Below, piece by piece: positions 48,364 to 57,390 of a stretch of DNA of 64,000 nt (the first letter of the stretch is position 1; every line of letters begins with the position of its first letter). The notes beneath the pieces were generated by a model that saw only the letters and a list, made by a program, of their open reading frames with translations, searched no databases and had not been told where the DNA came from. Made by a program: the position numbers and the translations under genes. The stretch lies in contig JAYYZV010000005.1 of NCBI GenBank assembly GCA_036339975.1, positions 2,099-66,098 on the forward strand, written 5' to 3'. This DNA comes from Pseudomonadota bacterium. GTDB lineage: Bacteria; Pseudomonadota; Alphaproteobacteria; MPNO01; UBA830.

Positions 48364-49269
48364 TCAGTGCACCCCAGGTGCCTCGCCACGACGGGCTTCT
48401 TCGCGAACGCTGTAGTAATTAGCGGCGAAGATGACTAAGCCACCGACCGCTGTCCAAGGATTGATGGCCTCAGCGTAAATCAAATATCCGAGAAGTGCCA
48501 TTAATGGCAACCGCAGAAAATCCAGTGGAAAAATGATTGTGATATCAGCGAGTTTCAATGCCCGTGCCATGGTGTAATGCGCTGCCAGTCCGGACAGCCC
48601 CCACGCTAGAATCCAGGGGATATCAATCAATGTGGGTGTCACCCAATCGAAAATGAAGACTGCAGGAATAAGACCCAGCGGTAGCTGCATCGCGTTCATA
48701 TAAAATATAATGCCTTGTGGTGACTCAGTGCGTGTTAAGTATTTAACCAAAACCCCGGATCCGGCATAAAGAAACGATCCCAGAAGCATCACGAAGCCCG
48801 CGACGCTGAAGGCGGACCCTTCCGGTTGCAAGATGATCAATGCTCCGGAGAAGCCTAGTATCGTAGCAATCCATTTATGCCGCCACATGGTTTCACCCAA
48901 GAACATGACGGCGAGAATGGCGGTAAAAAGTGGGACGGAGAATTCGATGGCCGTCAGGTCCGATAAAGTCAGATGTACAATCCCGTACATCCAGCATAGC
49001 TGCGCCGAAAACTGAATTAGCGCACGGAAGCCGTGGAATCTGAGGTTGGTCGTGTGCAGATCGCGAAAACGTTCACGCATGACAAAGGGCAGCACAGCTA
49101 TGACGCCGATAAGGGACCTGAAGAACAGAATCTCGAAAGTCGACATGGTGGTGTGTAATTCGCGTGCTGAAAGGGCCATTCCGGCGAAGCCCGCCATGGT
49201 GCCGCAGAACCAGAGGACAGCTTGAAAAAGTGGCGGCACTACCGAGGTATCCCGCGGGTTTCCCGCCAT
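48364..49269 (-). CDS. EamA/DMT-family transporter (array member 5, distal)
   Basis: ORF 48364-49350. ATG 49269 suggested (10 residues before TM1), which overlaps the upstream gene by 31 nt. ALIILQPEG, PLDFLRLPL..YAE. Confidence 0.75.
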   Translation of the reverse strand: MAGNPRDTSVVPPLFQAVLWFCGTMAGFAGMALSARELHTTMSTFEILFFRSLIGVIAVLPFVMRERFRDLHTTNLRFHGFRALIQFSAQLCWMYGIVHLTLSDLTAIEFSVPLFTAILAVMFLGETMWRHKWIATILGFSGALIILQPEGSAFSVAGFVMLLGSFLYAGSGVLVKYLTRTESPQGIIFYMNAMQLPLGLIPAVFIFDWVTPTLIDIPWILAWGLSGLAAHYTMARALKLADITIIFPLDFLRLPLMALLGYLIYAEAINPWTAVGGLVIFAANYYSVREEARRGEAPGVH

Positions 49270-50135
49270 ACCGAGTAGTAGTTGCCACCGAAAATCAGGA
49301 TCGCTCCCCCCAGCACCCAAATACTCACGCCTTCGGAATAGATCAACCAACCGATCAATGCGGCCAACGGCAGCCGCACAAAATCAACCGGGATGCAGAC
49401 GGTGGCGTCTGCGAGTTGGAAGGCGCGGGCAAGGCAGAAATGTGCTGACATTCCAGTCAATCCAATAGCCAGTAACCAAGGGGTATCAGCCCACATCGGC
49501 CATACCCATTCGAACCAGAATACCGCCGGCAGAAAAGCCAGCGGCAGCTGAATGATTTGCATCCAAAAAACGATGACCCAGGGTGCATCATCGCTGGTCA
49601 GTGATTTCATCATTACATTTGAGATGCCGTAGCATAGTGCACCCAGTAGTACTACTAGTGCACCTTGGGTGACGATCTCGAACCCCGGGCGCAGGATGAC
49701 TAGGACGCCCGCCATACCCATCGCGACGGCGATCAACCTGTGCGATTTTGCTCTTTCTCCCAGAAAAAGCATGGCGATGATGGCAGTCCACATGGGCATA
49801 GTGAATTCTAATGCGGTCACATGTGCCATCGGCAGTAAGGTAATACCGATCACCCAGCACCACTGACCGCCGAAATGAACCACATTTCGGCCAAGCTGCA
49901 TACCGAACCGGCGAGTTTTGACTTTGTGGAAACCGAGGCGCCACGCCACTAGGCCCATGATGGGAATTCCGATGATCGATCGGAAGGACAGTAGCTCGAA
50001 GCTCGACAGGTTAGTCGACAGTTCGCGTACGGAGACCATCATCAGAATGAACGATGCCGCTGTCCCGAGCACCCAGAATGCGGCAAGCACAGCGTTCTGG
50101 GCCGGTTGAGATGTCTGCGCGGCGGGGTCTGCCAT
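49239..50135 (-). CDS. EamA/DMT-family transporter (array member 4)
   Basis: ATG 50135 within ORF 49239-50252. VLVILRPGF, PVDFVRLPL..YSE. Confidence 0.8.
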   Translation of the reverse strand: MADPAAQTSQPAQNAVLAAFWVLGTAASFILMMVSVRELSTNLSSFELLSFRSIIGIPIMGLVAWRLGFHKVKTRRFGMQLGRNVVHFGGQWCWVIGITLLPMAHVTALEFTMPMWTAIIAMLFLGERAKSHRLIAVAMGMAGVLVILRPGFEIVTQGALVVLLGALCYGISNVMMKSLTSDDAPWVIVFWMQIIQLPLAFLPAVFWFEWVWPMWADTPWLLAIGLTGMSAHFCLARAFQLADATVCIPVDFVRLPLAALIGWLIYSEGVSIWVLGGAILIFGGNYYSVWRETRGIPR

Positions 50136-50158
50136 TGGTTGGTACCCGTTTAAAGAGA

Positions 50159-51073
50159 TCAGTCGGTCGTCGTCGAACTTGACCTGACGGTTCGCGTTTC
50201 CTTGCGGACAATATACATTGTCGACACAAAGATAACCGCCCCACCGACCCATGCCCAGACCACCGGTGCTTCCCCGAAAAAGAGGAAGGCACCCAGCGTC
50301 ACCCAGGGCAGCTTGGTAAAATCGACGATAATAATCAGGCTAGCATCCGCCAACGCCAATGCTCGGGCTAACATCCAGTGGGCAAGAGTCGCCGTTGCCG
50401 CAAGACCGATTAGCCACGGCGCGTCGGTCATTTGAGGCATCGAGATACCGCCCATAGCCCATGCGGCGGCGAGCGCCAGCGGCAAATGTATAACATTCAT
50501 ATAGAAAACAATCGTGTCGCTGGTACCGTCCCGCATCAATACCTTTGTTACGATATTTGCACCCGCGTATCCGACTGCGGAGACGATAGCTGAAATTGCG
50601 GCGATGGTGACCGGTTCTAACCCTGGCCGCAGGATGATCAGGACGCCGGCAAAGCCTATGAAAGTTGCTATCCATCGCACCGTGTCCACCCGTTCCCCTA
50701 GAAACACAATGGCGAGAAGAATGGTGAATAATGGCACCGTAAACTGCAACGACATGCCAACCGATAGATTCATCTGCGATATTGCGTAAAACCAGCCGGC
50801 AACACCAATGAAATGCATGAGATTACGGAGCAGATGCCACCTAAACATTCTGGTACGAAACAGCCCACTACCTGTCCGTCCGAAAACGGGCACCAGAAGG
50901 ACTAACCCGATCAGGGCCCGCCAAAATGCTAGCTCCCCCGTGTTATACCTATCGGCTAGGTGCCGCACGATCATGACCATAGACATGAAAGCGACAGTTG
51001 ATAACGCTATCCAGATAAAACCCCGAAGATTCGGTGAAAGCTTGGTGAGCCGTTGCCGGAAACTGCCGATCAC
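50159..51073 (-). CDS. EamA/DMT-family transporter (array member 3)
   Basis: 304 aa. VLIILRPGL, IVDFTKLPW..FGE. 4-nt overlap with the upstream member. Confidence 0.8.
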   Translation of the reverse strand: MIGSFRQRLTKLSPNLRGFIWIALSTVAFMSMVMIVRHLADRYNTGELAFWRALIGLVLLVPVFGRTGSGLFRTRMFRWHLLRNLMHFIGVAGWFYAISQMNLSVGMSLQFTVPLFTILLAIVFLGERVDTVRWIATFIGFAGVLIILRPGLEPVTIAAISAIVSAVGYAGANIVTKVLMRDGTSDTIVFYMNVIHLPLALAAAWAMGGISMPQMTDAPWLIGLAATATLAHWMLARALALADASLIIIVDFTKLPWVTLGAFLFFGEAPVVWAWVGGAVIFVSTMYIVRKETRTVRSSSTTTD

Positions 51074-51993
51074 GCGTTACCCTTTGCCGCGTTATCCTGC
51101 CGTTGTTTCTCCAACCGGCTTTCCCGCGCCGTGATATACCAAGTGCAGATGAAAATAAGGCCTCCGCCAACCCATACCCATATAGTTGGCACTTCGCCGA
51201 ATAGTGCGAAGGCGAAACCGGAGGTGATTGGAAGGCGAAGGAAGTCGGTCGGCCCGATGATGCTGGCGTCTGCCAGTTTAAGAGCGCTCGTGTACATTAG
51301 GGGTGCCAGAGTACCTGTTACGCCGATGAAAAGAATAGGTAGAATGTCGTCTACCGTCGGAGGCACCCATAGCCATAAAGTCAGTGGTACGCTGAGAAGA
51401 AGAATGAAAAAATTGGTGTAGAACGTCAGCGCCAGCGGCGTTTCGGTCTTAACCATGAATTTCAGAAAAATAACAGTCCCGGCATAGAGTGCCGCTGAGC
51501 CAAGGATCATCAGCTCTGCTAATCCTACGTCTAAATTGCCAGGTTGCAGTATGACCAGAGTTCCGCAGAAGCCGACGACGGTTGCGGCCGTTCGACGAAT
51601 ACCTACACGTTCGCCAAGGAAGATGACGGCGAGCAGGATCAGGAAAAGCGGCAACGTGAAATGGATTGCGACGGCTTTTCCCAGTGGCACCACGCCGATG
51701 GCGTAAAACCACATAATCATCCCCGCAAAATTAACTACTGCCCGTATCGCGTGCATGCCTAGTCGTTGTGTTTTCAGTAGGTGGACGCCTTTCCAGGCGA
51801 AGTAGGGCATCAGGATCATCATGCTGACCAACATTCGCCAAAAAACAATCTCCGGCGATGCCATTGTGTCGGTTAGATATCTCACGCACGTATGTGTCGA
51901 CGAGAAAAGAAACATCGAAAGTACTGCGATTATAACGCCGGTGATGACGTTCGATGATGCTGGATTAAGGGAGGTGCTGTCGGGGGAAGTCAT
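51070..51993 (-). CDS. EamA/DMT-family transporter (array member 2)
   Basis: 307 aa. TLVILQPGN, PTDFLRLPI..FGE. Confidence 0.8.
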   Translation of the reverse strand: MTSPDSTSLNPASSNVITGVIIAVLSMFLFSSTHTCVRYLTDTMASPEIVFWRMLVSMMILMPYFAWKGVHLLKTQRLGMHAIRAVVNFAGMIMWFYAIGVVPLGKAVAIHFTLPLFLILLAVIFLGERVGIRRTAATVVGFCGTLVILQPGNLDVGLAELMILGSAALYAGTVIFLKFMVKTETPLALTFYTNFFILLLSVPLTLWLWVPPTVDDILPILFIGVTGTLAPLMYTSALKLADASIIGPTDFLRLPITSGFAFALFGEVPTIWVWVGGGLIFICTWYITARESRLEKQRQDNAAKGNA

Positions 51994-52028
51994 CTCCTTA
52001 AAGTAGAGTATTTTGTGCGTATGAGGAA

Positions 52029-52925
52029 TTACGCAGCTTTATCGGCTTCGCGCCGCGCTATAAAGTAGGTGCTAACGAATATGATGGCAGCGCCGAGCCA
52101 TACAAATTCGTCTGGCACTTCGCCAAACAGGGCAAATCCGAAAAGAGCTGTAAAGGGCAGGCGCATAAAATCGTATGCTGCGATCAAACTTGCTTCCGCC
52201 TTTCGAAGGGCGATTGCAACAAGGAAGGGCGCGAACAGGCCGCATACGCCAAGGCCCATAACCGGCAGAATGTCTGCGTTCGTCAAAGGTGCCCAAAGGA
52301 TTATAGTCGGGACCAGACAGCCTATCGCCATGAACAGATTAGTATAAAATGTCACCGCCGCAGGGGTTTCGCTCTCCACCACCTTTTTTAGAAAAACCAC
52401 GGCGCCGCCGTACAAGGCCGCCGATCCCAATATGGCAAGTTCCGGCAGACCGGTTTCGATCATGCCGGGGCGGAGAATAACCAATACACCGCTAAATCCC
52501 GCCAACATTGCGGAGACCCTCCACAGACCAATACGTTCTTTCAGGAAGATTGCGGCCAGTAGCACAATGAAAAGCGGCATGGTGAAATGAATTGCGATAC
52601 CCTTGGCTAATTCTATATGTCCCAGGGCCCAGAACCACAAAACCATCCCCACGAAATTGAAGGTCGATCGGATCACGTGAACTTGTATTTGTCGTGATTT
52701 CAGCTTGTGGACGCCGGACCAAATGAAATAAAGCCCGATTCCGACCACGCCTAACAAAGCGCGTATGAATACAATCTGCCATGACGACATCGTATCAGAT
52801 AGAAGCCGCACCGACGGCGGTACGACGCTGAACAACAACATCGCGACGGTTGAGATGATTGTTGCCTGAATGACGGGGCTCAGCGCACCGAAGCCCGATT
52901 GGCTAGAAGGTATGAACATTGTCAT
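52029..52925 (-). CDS. EamA/DMT-family transporter (array member 1, promoter-proximal)
   Basis: 298 aa. VLVILRPGM, AYDFMRLPF..FGE. Confidence 0.8.
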   Translation of the reverse strand: MTMFIPSSQSGFGALSPVIQATIISTVAMLLFSVVPPSVRLLSDTMSSWQIVFIRALLGVVGIGLYFIWSGVHKLKSRQIQVHVIRSTFNFVGMVLWFWALGHIELAKGIAIHFTMPLFIVLLAAIFLKERIGLWRVSAMLAGFSGVLVILRPGMIETGLPELAILGSAALYGGAVVFLKKVVESETPAAVTFYTNLFMAIGCLVPTIILWAPLTNADILPVMGLGVCGLFAPFLVAIALRKAEASLIAAYDFMRLPFTALFGFALFGEVPDEFVWLGAAIIFVSTYFIARREADKAA

Positions 52926-52964
52926 GAATTGAAAGTAACGAATTTAGAAAGCACTTTGGCGCCC

Positions 52965-53579
52965 TTATACGACCGACACCGCTCCTGCAGTTTTTTCGAG
53001 GTATAGCTGGAGATTTACGGCCTGTTCACTGCTGTTGACCAACGCCGCGACAATACGGCTGAGATGGCGGAAATCGTCAGCACTGAGAGAGCTGAATTCG
53101 ACGTCGTTTACCTGCCGCTGATAGGGTGCTAACTCGGCGAGTTTGTCGCTGCCGGTTTGGGTTACCGTCAGCACGGTGCGCCGTCGGTCAAGCGCATCTG
53201 TCGTTTTTTCGATCAGCCCGCGGCCCTGAAGTTTTCGCGTCACGTTGGTCACAAAACCAGTGCTTACATGCAGATGATCTGCGAGGGCTTTAACGTTGAC
53301 ATTGCCGGCCCGACTCAGCCGGGCGACTGAGATAAGAATTGTATATTCAATACCGGCCAGACCAATTCGTCGAGCATGACCATCGCGAATGGCGGCATGG
53401 CGCGCGTTAAATGCAAAAATATCGTGCACCAGTTGGCGGAACATCTGGTCGGAACCGTTAGCTAGTAGTTCCTCGCGCGATACAGTTAGTGGCGTAGTCG
53501 GCATCTGACTTAATAGGGCTTTTTTCGCCGCTGTTTTGCCGGATTTTGTAGTTTCGACGGTGCCTAATTCTTCCGACAT
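52965..53579 (-). CDS. MarR-family transcriptional regulator
   Basis: 204 aa. Winged-HTH core LAGIEYTILISVARL..VKALADHLHVSTGFVTNVTRKLQGRGLIEKTTDALDRRRTVLTVTQTG. Confidence 0.8.
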   Translation of the reverse strand: MSEELGTVETTKSGKTAAKKALLSQMPTTPLTVSREELLANGSDQMFRQLVHDIFAFNARHAAIRDGHARRIGLAGIEYTILISVARLSRAGNVNVKALADHLHVSTGFVTNVTRKLQGRGLIEKTTDALDRRRTVLTVTQTGSDKLAELAPYQRQVNDVEFSSLSADDFRHLSRIVAALVNSSEQAVNLQLYLEKTAGAVSVV

Positions 53580-53616
53580 GCTATCTGAATCACCATTTTC
53601 TGAGAGATAAAGAGCG

Positions 53617-53646
53617 TTGACATTCTATTGTATTCTAAAATAGTAT
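53617..53646 (+). promoter_or_regulatory. candidate sigma70-type promoter for the HpaB-family gene, embedded in ATTCT/GTATTCT repeats (possible MarR operator)
   Basis: TTGACA 53617-53622, 18-nt spacer, TAGTAT 53641-53646. GTATTCT at 53630 and 53643. ATTCT at 53622, 53632, 53645 and 53661. Confidence 0.3.
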
Positions 53647-53685
53647 TCTTTGTATATTAAATTCTGCTAAATGGAGAAATTGGTT

Positions 53686-55176
53686 ATGGCGAAAACAGGC
53701 GCCCAGCATTTGGAATCCCTGCAGGACGGCCGTGAGGTGTTTATAAACGGTAAGAAAGTCGACGATGTCACTACGCACCCTGCTTACAGAAATGCTGTCT
53801 CGGCTGCGGCGCGCCTGTATGATTTTCAGGCAGACCCCGAAAATATAGAGTGGATGACATTCGAAAGCCCGACCTCTGGTGAACGGGTTAATCGCTGCTG
53901 GCAGCTGACAACATCGTATGAGGAGTTGGTGGCTCGTCGTCGCGCTATCGAGGGCTGGTCCCGACTTTCCGGTGGCTGGCTTGGCCGCTCTCCCGACCAT
54001 ATAGCGTCTTCGATGGTCGGTCAGGTGATGGGTTTGCCGGTATTCGAAAACCATTCAATTGAGCGAGCCGGTGCGCTGAAGGATTATTTCCAGTTTGTCC
54101 GCGACACTGATGCATATATGACCTACGTCATCATCAATCCGCAGGCTGATCGAAACAAAAGCACTGGTGAACAGCAGGATGAGTACTTTGCGACAGGAGT
54201 GGTAGATGAAGACTCTGAAGGCATCACGGTACGCGGCGCCAAGATGTTGGGCACCGGTTCCATTATGGCAAACGAGGTCTTGTTCGCGAATATCCAACCT
54301 TTGAAACCGGGAGAAGAAAAATACGCGATTTCCTTCGCTATTCCGATGAATACAAAGGGCTTAAAAATCATGTCCCGCCGATCGTATGAGGAATCGGCAT
54401 CAAGTATATACGACTATCCCCTTTCTTCTCGGTTCGACGAAAATGACGCGCTTGTCTATTGTGACGACGTGAAGGTGCCGTGGGAGCGGGTCTTTATCTA
54501 TAAGGATACCGATACTGCTCGCGCTCAGTTTCAGGACACTTACGCGCATTACATGCAGAACTACCAGGCGATGATCCGTCTGATGGTGAAAATGCAGTTT
54601 CAGGTCGGTGTAGCGCGCAGAATCACCGAAACCATTGGTACAGTCGGTATGCCGCCCGTTGCCGAAAAACTTGGCCATCTGGCGGCGCAAGCGGCTATGG
54701 TCGAAGGCTTGGTTTATGGCATGGAATCCGGCGGTGGAATGTATAACGGCTACTACGTCCCGGACCGCAATCTGATGTACACGGCGCAGGTGCTGACCCA
54801 GCAGCTGTATCCGGAGTTCGTTACCTCGATGCGTGAGCTGGCCGGTGGTGGCCTGATCATGTTGCCGTCATCCGCCGAAGATTTTGCTAATCCGGAGCTG
54901 GCAAAATATATAGGGGCGACCCAGAAATCAGCGATCGGATCTTCGGAGGAAAAGGTCAAGTTTATGAAACTCGCCTGGGATTCTATCGGATCCGAATTCG
55001 CTAGCCGGCATACCCAATATGAAATGTTCTATGCCGGGGCACAGTTCGTGACCCGCAATCACGCGCTTCGTACCTACGACTGGGATCGGTCAGCGGACCT
55101 AGTCGACTCTATCCTCGATAGTTACAAGCTGGAGGATGCGATCAGTGAAGGCGATGCTAAAATCGCGGCGGAGTAA
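53686..55176 (+). CDS. 4-hydroxyphenylacetate-3-monooxygenase (HpaB) family flavin-dependent oxygenase component
   Basis: ATG 53686 (GGAGA upstream) in ORF 53671-55176. HLESLQDGREVFINGKKVDDVTTHPAYRN, GWLGRSPDH, ITVRGAKMLGTGS. Confidence 0.85.
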   Translation: MAKTGAQHLESLQDGREVFINGKKVDDVTTHPAYRNAVSAAARLYDFQADPENIEWMTFESPTSGERVNRCWQLTTSYEELVARRRAIEGWSRLSGGWLGRSPDHIASSMVGQVMGLPVFENHSIERAGALKDYFQFVRDTDAYMTYVIINPQADRNKSTGEQQDEYFATGVVDEDSEGITVRGAKMLGTGSIMANEVLFANIQPLKPGEEKYAISFAIPMNTKGLKIMSRRSYEESASSIYDYPLSSRFDENDALVYCDDVKVPWERVFIYKDTDTARAQFQDTYAHYMQNYQAMIRLMVKMQFQVGVARRITETIGTVGMPPVAEKLGHLAAQAAMVEGLVYGMESGGGMYNGYYVPDRNLMYTAQVLTQQLYPEFVTSMRELAGGGLIMLPSSAEDFANPELAKYIGATQKSAIGSSEEKVKFMKLAWDSIGSEFASRHTQYEMFYAGAQFVTRNHALRTYDWDRSADLVDSILDSYKLEDAISEGDAKIAAE

Positions 55177-55474
55177 TAATAGTACGGGGAAGAATGCCAC
55201 GCGGCCTGAGACTATAAGCCGTTTTGAGGCTAACGTATTCCAACTCCGTGTGGCCGGGAGAGTGAGGTCCGCAAGGAAGTTGGACAGCACAGCTATTTTT
55301 AAATTCTGGGTTCCCCCGCTGTCCTTCGTTCTTCAAGAGCAGCCCCTGATGGCTGAGTGAACTGTGGTTTAGGAGCAGTTGCTTTGACCGGCGAAAATGA
55401 CGTTCGCCAAATAAATTTTTCAAATGATCTAAAGGCATATCTTTCGAGAAGTGCTGTAGTTCGCGATCAGCGAA

Positions 55475-55516
55475 CCGCCCACTTTGCATGGCCTGCTTTT
55501 CGATGGGCGGGTTTTT
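55475..55516 (+). terminator. Rho-independent-terminator-like hairpin 56 nt upstream of the GMC oxidoreductase start
   Basis: CCGCCCA 55475-55481 pairs with TGGGCGG 55504-55510, followed by GTTTTT (to 55516). Immediately preceded by hairpin TTCGC-GATCA-GCGAA (55460-55474). Confidence 0.4.
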
Positions 55517-55571
55517 CCTGTAGTCTCGACCCAATATTTAGATTCAAAATCGAATTTTCAGACATAATAAA

Positions 55572-57221
55572 ATGACCAAACAAAATATCTATGACTACAT
55601 CGTTGTAGGCGCCGGATCGGCAGGTTGTACGTTGGCTGGGAGGCTAACCGAAGACCCGGATGTCCGCGTCCTTCTACTAGAGGCGGGTGGATGGGACCGA
55701 GACCCATGGATACATATTCCACTTGGGTGGGGGCGCATATTGCAGCGGCGTTTGCACGACTGGATGTATTTCGCTGAGCCCTCAGCCACTATGGATAATC
55801 GTCGCATCGAATGCGCCCGAGGAAAGGTGATCGGTGGTTCCTCTTCAATAAACGCGATGGCGTATTATCACGGCCACCCCTCCGACTATGACCGATGGGC
55901 GGCATTAGGTCTAAACGGATGGTCTTACTCAGAGGTGCTGCCTTATTTCCGCCGTTCCGAGGATTGGGAGGGGGGTTCTGACCACTGGCGTGGCGTCGGT
56001 GGGCCGCTGACGGTAAGCAAAACGACCTTCCAGGACCCTTTGTGCGAGGCATTTCTGTCGGCGGCACATGATGCTCAGCACCCTTTCACGGATGACTATA
56101 ATGGCAAAAAACCTGATGGTTTTGCTCGTATGCAGGCGACACTTCGGAACGGTCGTCGTTGGAGTGCCGCCGCCGCATATCTGCGGCCAGCGCTTAAGCG
56201 CCCGAACCTGACCGTTAAGACCAATGCCCTCGTGCGAAGGCTTGAGATGGACGGTAACGCCGCGAGGGGTATTGCCTATAACCTCGCCGGTCGGTTGGTC
56301 TCGTCGCGCGCAACGCGCGAAGTGATACTCTGCGGTGGGACGATCAATTCGCCGCATCTATTAATGTTGTCCGGTATTGGCGATCCAAACCATCTCCGGG
56401 AGCATGGGATTGATGTCGTTGTGCCGCTGAGTGGGGTCGGGCAGAACCTCGCCGATCACACCTCATCAGCCTTTATATTTCGCCGCAACGACGGCAGTCC
56501 GTTTCAGCGAAACATGCGTTTTGACCGTGTGGTGGCATCCTTGATCCGTGCGTATCTCGGGAAGGGAGGCTTTGCCGCTGATCTGCCCTTCGGGATTACT
56601 GCGTTTCTGAAAACAACACCCGATGCGCCAGCGCCCGATATCCAGATGCTGTTCTGGATGGGTGCGACGAATACCGCCTCGCCTTGGTTGCCACCCTTCA
56701 AAAAGGCCTTTGAGGATTCGTTTTCTGTGCGGATCATGCCAATGCATCCGACTAGTCGAGGTCACATAGCCCTCGCTTCATCTGACCCAGAGGATGCCGT
56801 TCTGATACACCAGAATTTCCTCAGTACGGAAGCAGAGTGGGACACAATGCGGCGCGGCCTCAGGATGGCGCGGGAACTCGTTGCGTCACATCGCATAAAG
56901 GCCTTCGGTGGGGAGGAAATCGCCCCTGGTGCCAAGAAGCAGTCGGACGCGGAGATAGACGCCCATATTCGAGCTACGATGGGGACAGTGCATCATCCTG
57001 TCGGAACCTGCAAAATGGGTACAGCCGAAGATCCGTTGGCAGTGGTCGACGCGGAGCTGCGTGTTAGGGGCGTTAATGGACTACGCGTCGTTGACGCTTC
57101 TGTGATGCCTGATTTGATCGGCGGAGCTACAAACGCGCCTGTTATTATGATGGCGGAGAAAGCGTCCGACATGATACTTGGAAAAGATCCACTTCCATCT
57201 GCCGGTGTATCAATATGTTAA
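55572..57221 (+). CDS. GMC-family FAD oxidoreductase (choline/alcohol-dehydrogenase-like)
   Basis: 549 aa. YDYIVVGAGSAGCTLAGRLTED, GKVIGGSSSINAM, HPVGTCKMG, DASVMP. Confidence 0.9.
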   Translation: MTKQNIYDYIVVGAGSAGCTLAGRLTEDPDVRVLLLEAGGWDRDPWIHIPLGWGRILQRRLHDWMYFAEPSATMDNRRIECARGKVIGGSSSINAMAYYHGHPSDYDRWAALGLNGWSYSEVLPYFRRSEDWEGGSDHWRGVGGPLTVSKTTFQDPLCEAFLSAAHDAQHPFTDDYNGKKPDGFARMQATLRNGRRWSAAAAYLRPALKRPNLTVKTNALVRRLEMDGNAARGIAYNLAGRLVSSRATREVILCGGTINSPHLLMLSGIGDPNHLREHGIDVVVPLSGVGQNLADHTSSAFIFRRNDGSPFQRNMRFDRVVASLIRAYLGKGGFAADLPFGITAFLKTTPDAPAPDIQMLFWMGATNTASPWLPPFKKAFEDSFSVRIMPMHPTSRGHIALASSDPEDAVLIHQNFLSTEAEWDTMRRGLRMARELVASHRIKAFGGEEIAPGAKKQSDAEIDAHIRATMGTVHHPVGTCKMGTAEDPLAVVDAELRVRGVNGLRVVDASVMPDLIGGATNAPVIMMAEKASDMILGKDPLPSAGVSIC

Positions 57222-57390
57222 ACTACTGGGAGGCACCCGACCGTGATGTCGTTAATAGCCCCCAATTAAGTCATAGAAGTCTTAGTGCAGCGGTTAGAGA
57301 CGGGTTTTCTTGTTCCGGTTTTCAAATTTTAAAGAAGGTTGTCATAGCGCGGTCACTCGGCCCCAAACTAAGAGCTGATATTTCTCTGAG

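Noticed and set aside
55255-55295. GGGAGAG..CCGCAAGGAAG..GGACAG, reminiscent of glycine-riboswitch core fragments, upstream of the choline-dehydrogenase-like gene
   Set aside because: The fragments are only a few nucleotides apart, which leaves no room for the P2/P3 helices of a glycine aptamer. The resemblance is probably chance. It is kept only as part of the broader structured-spacer finding.
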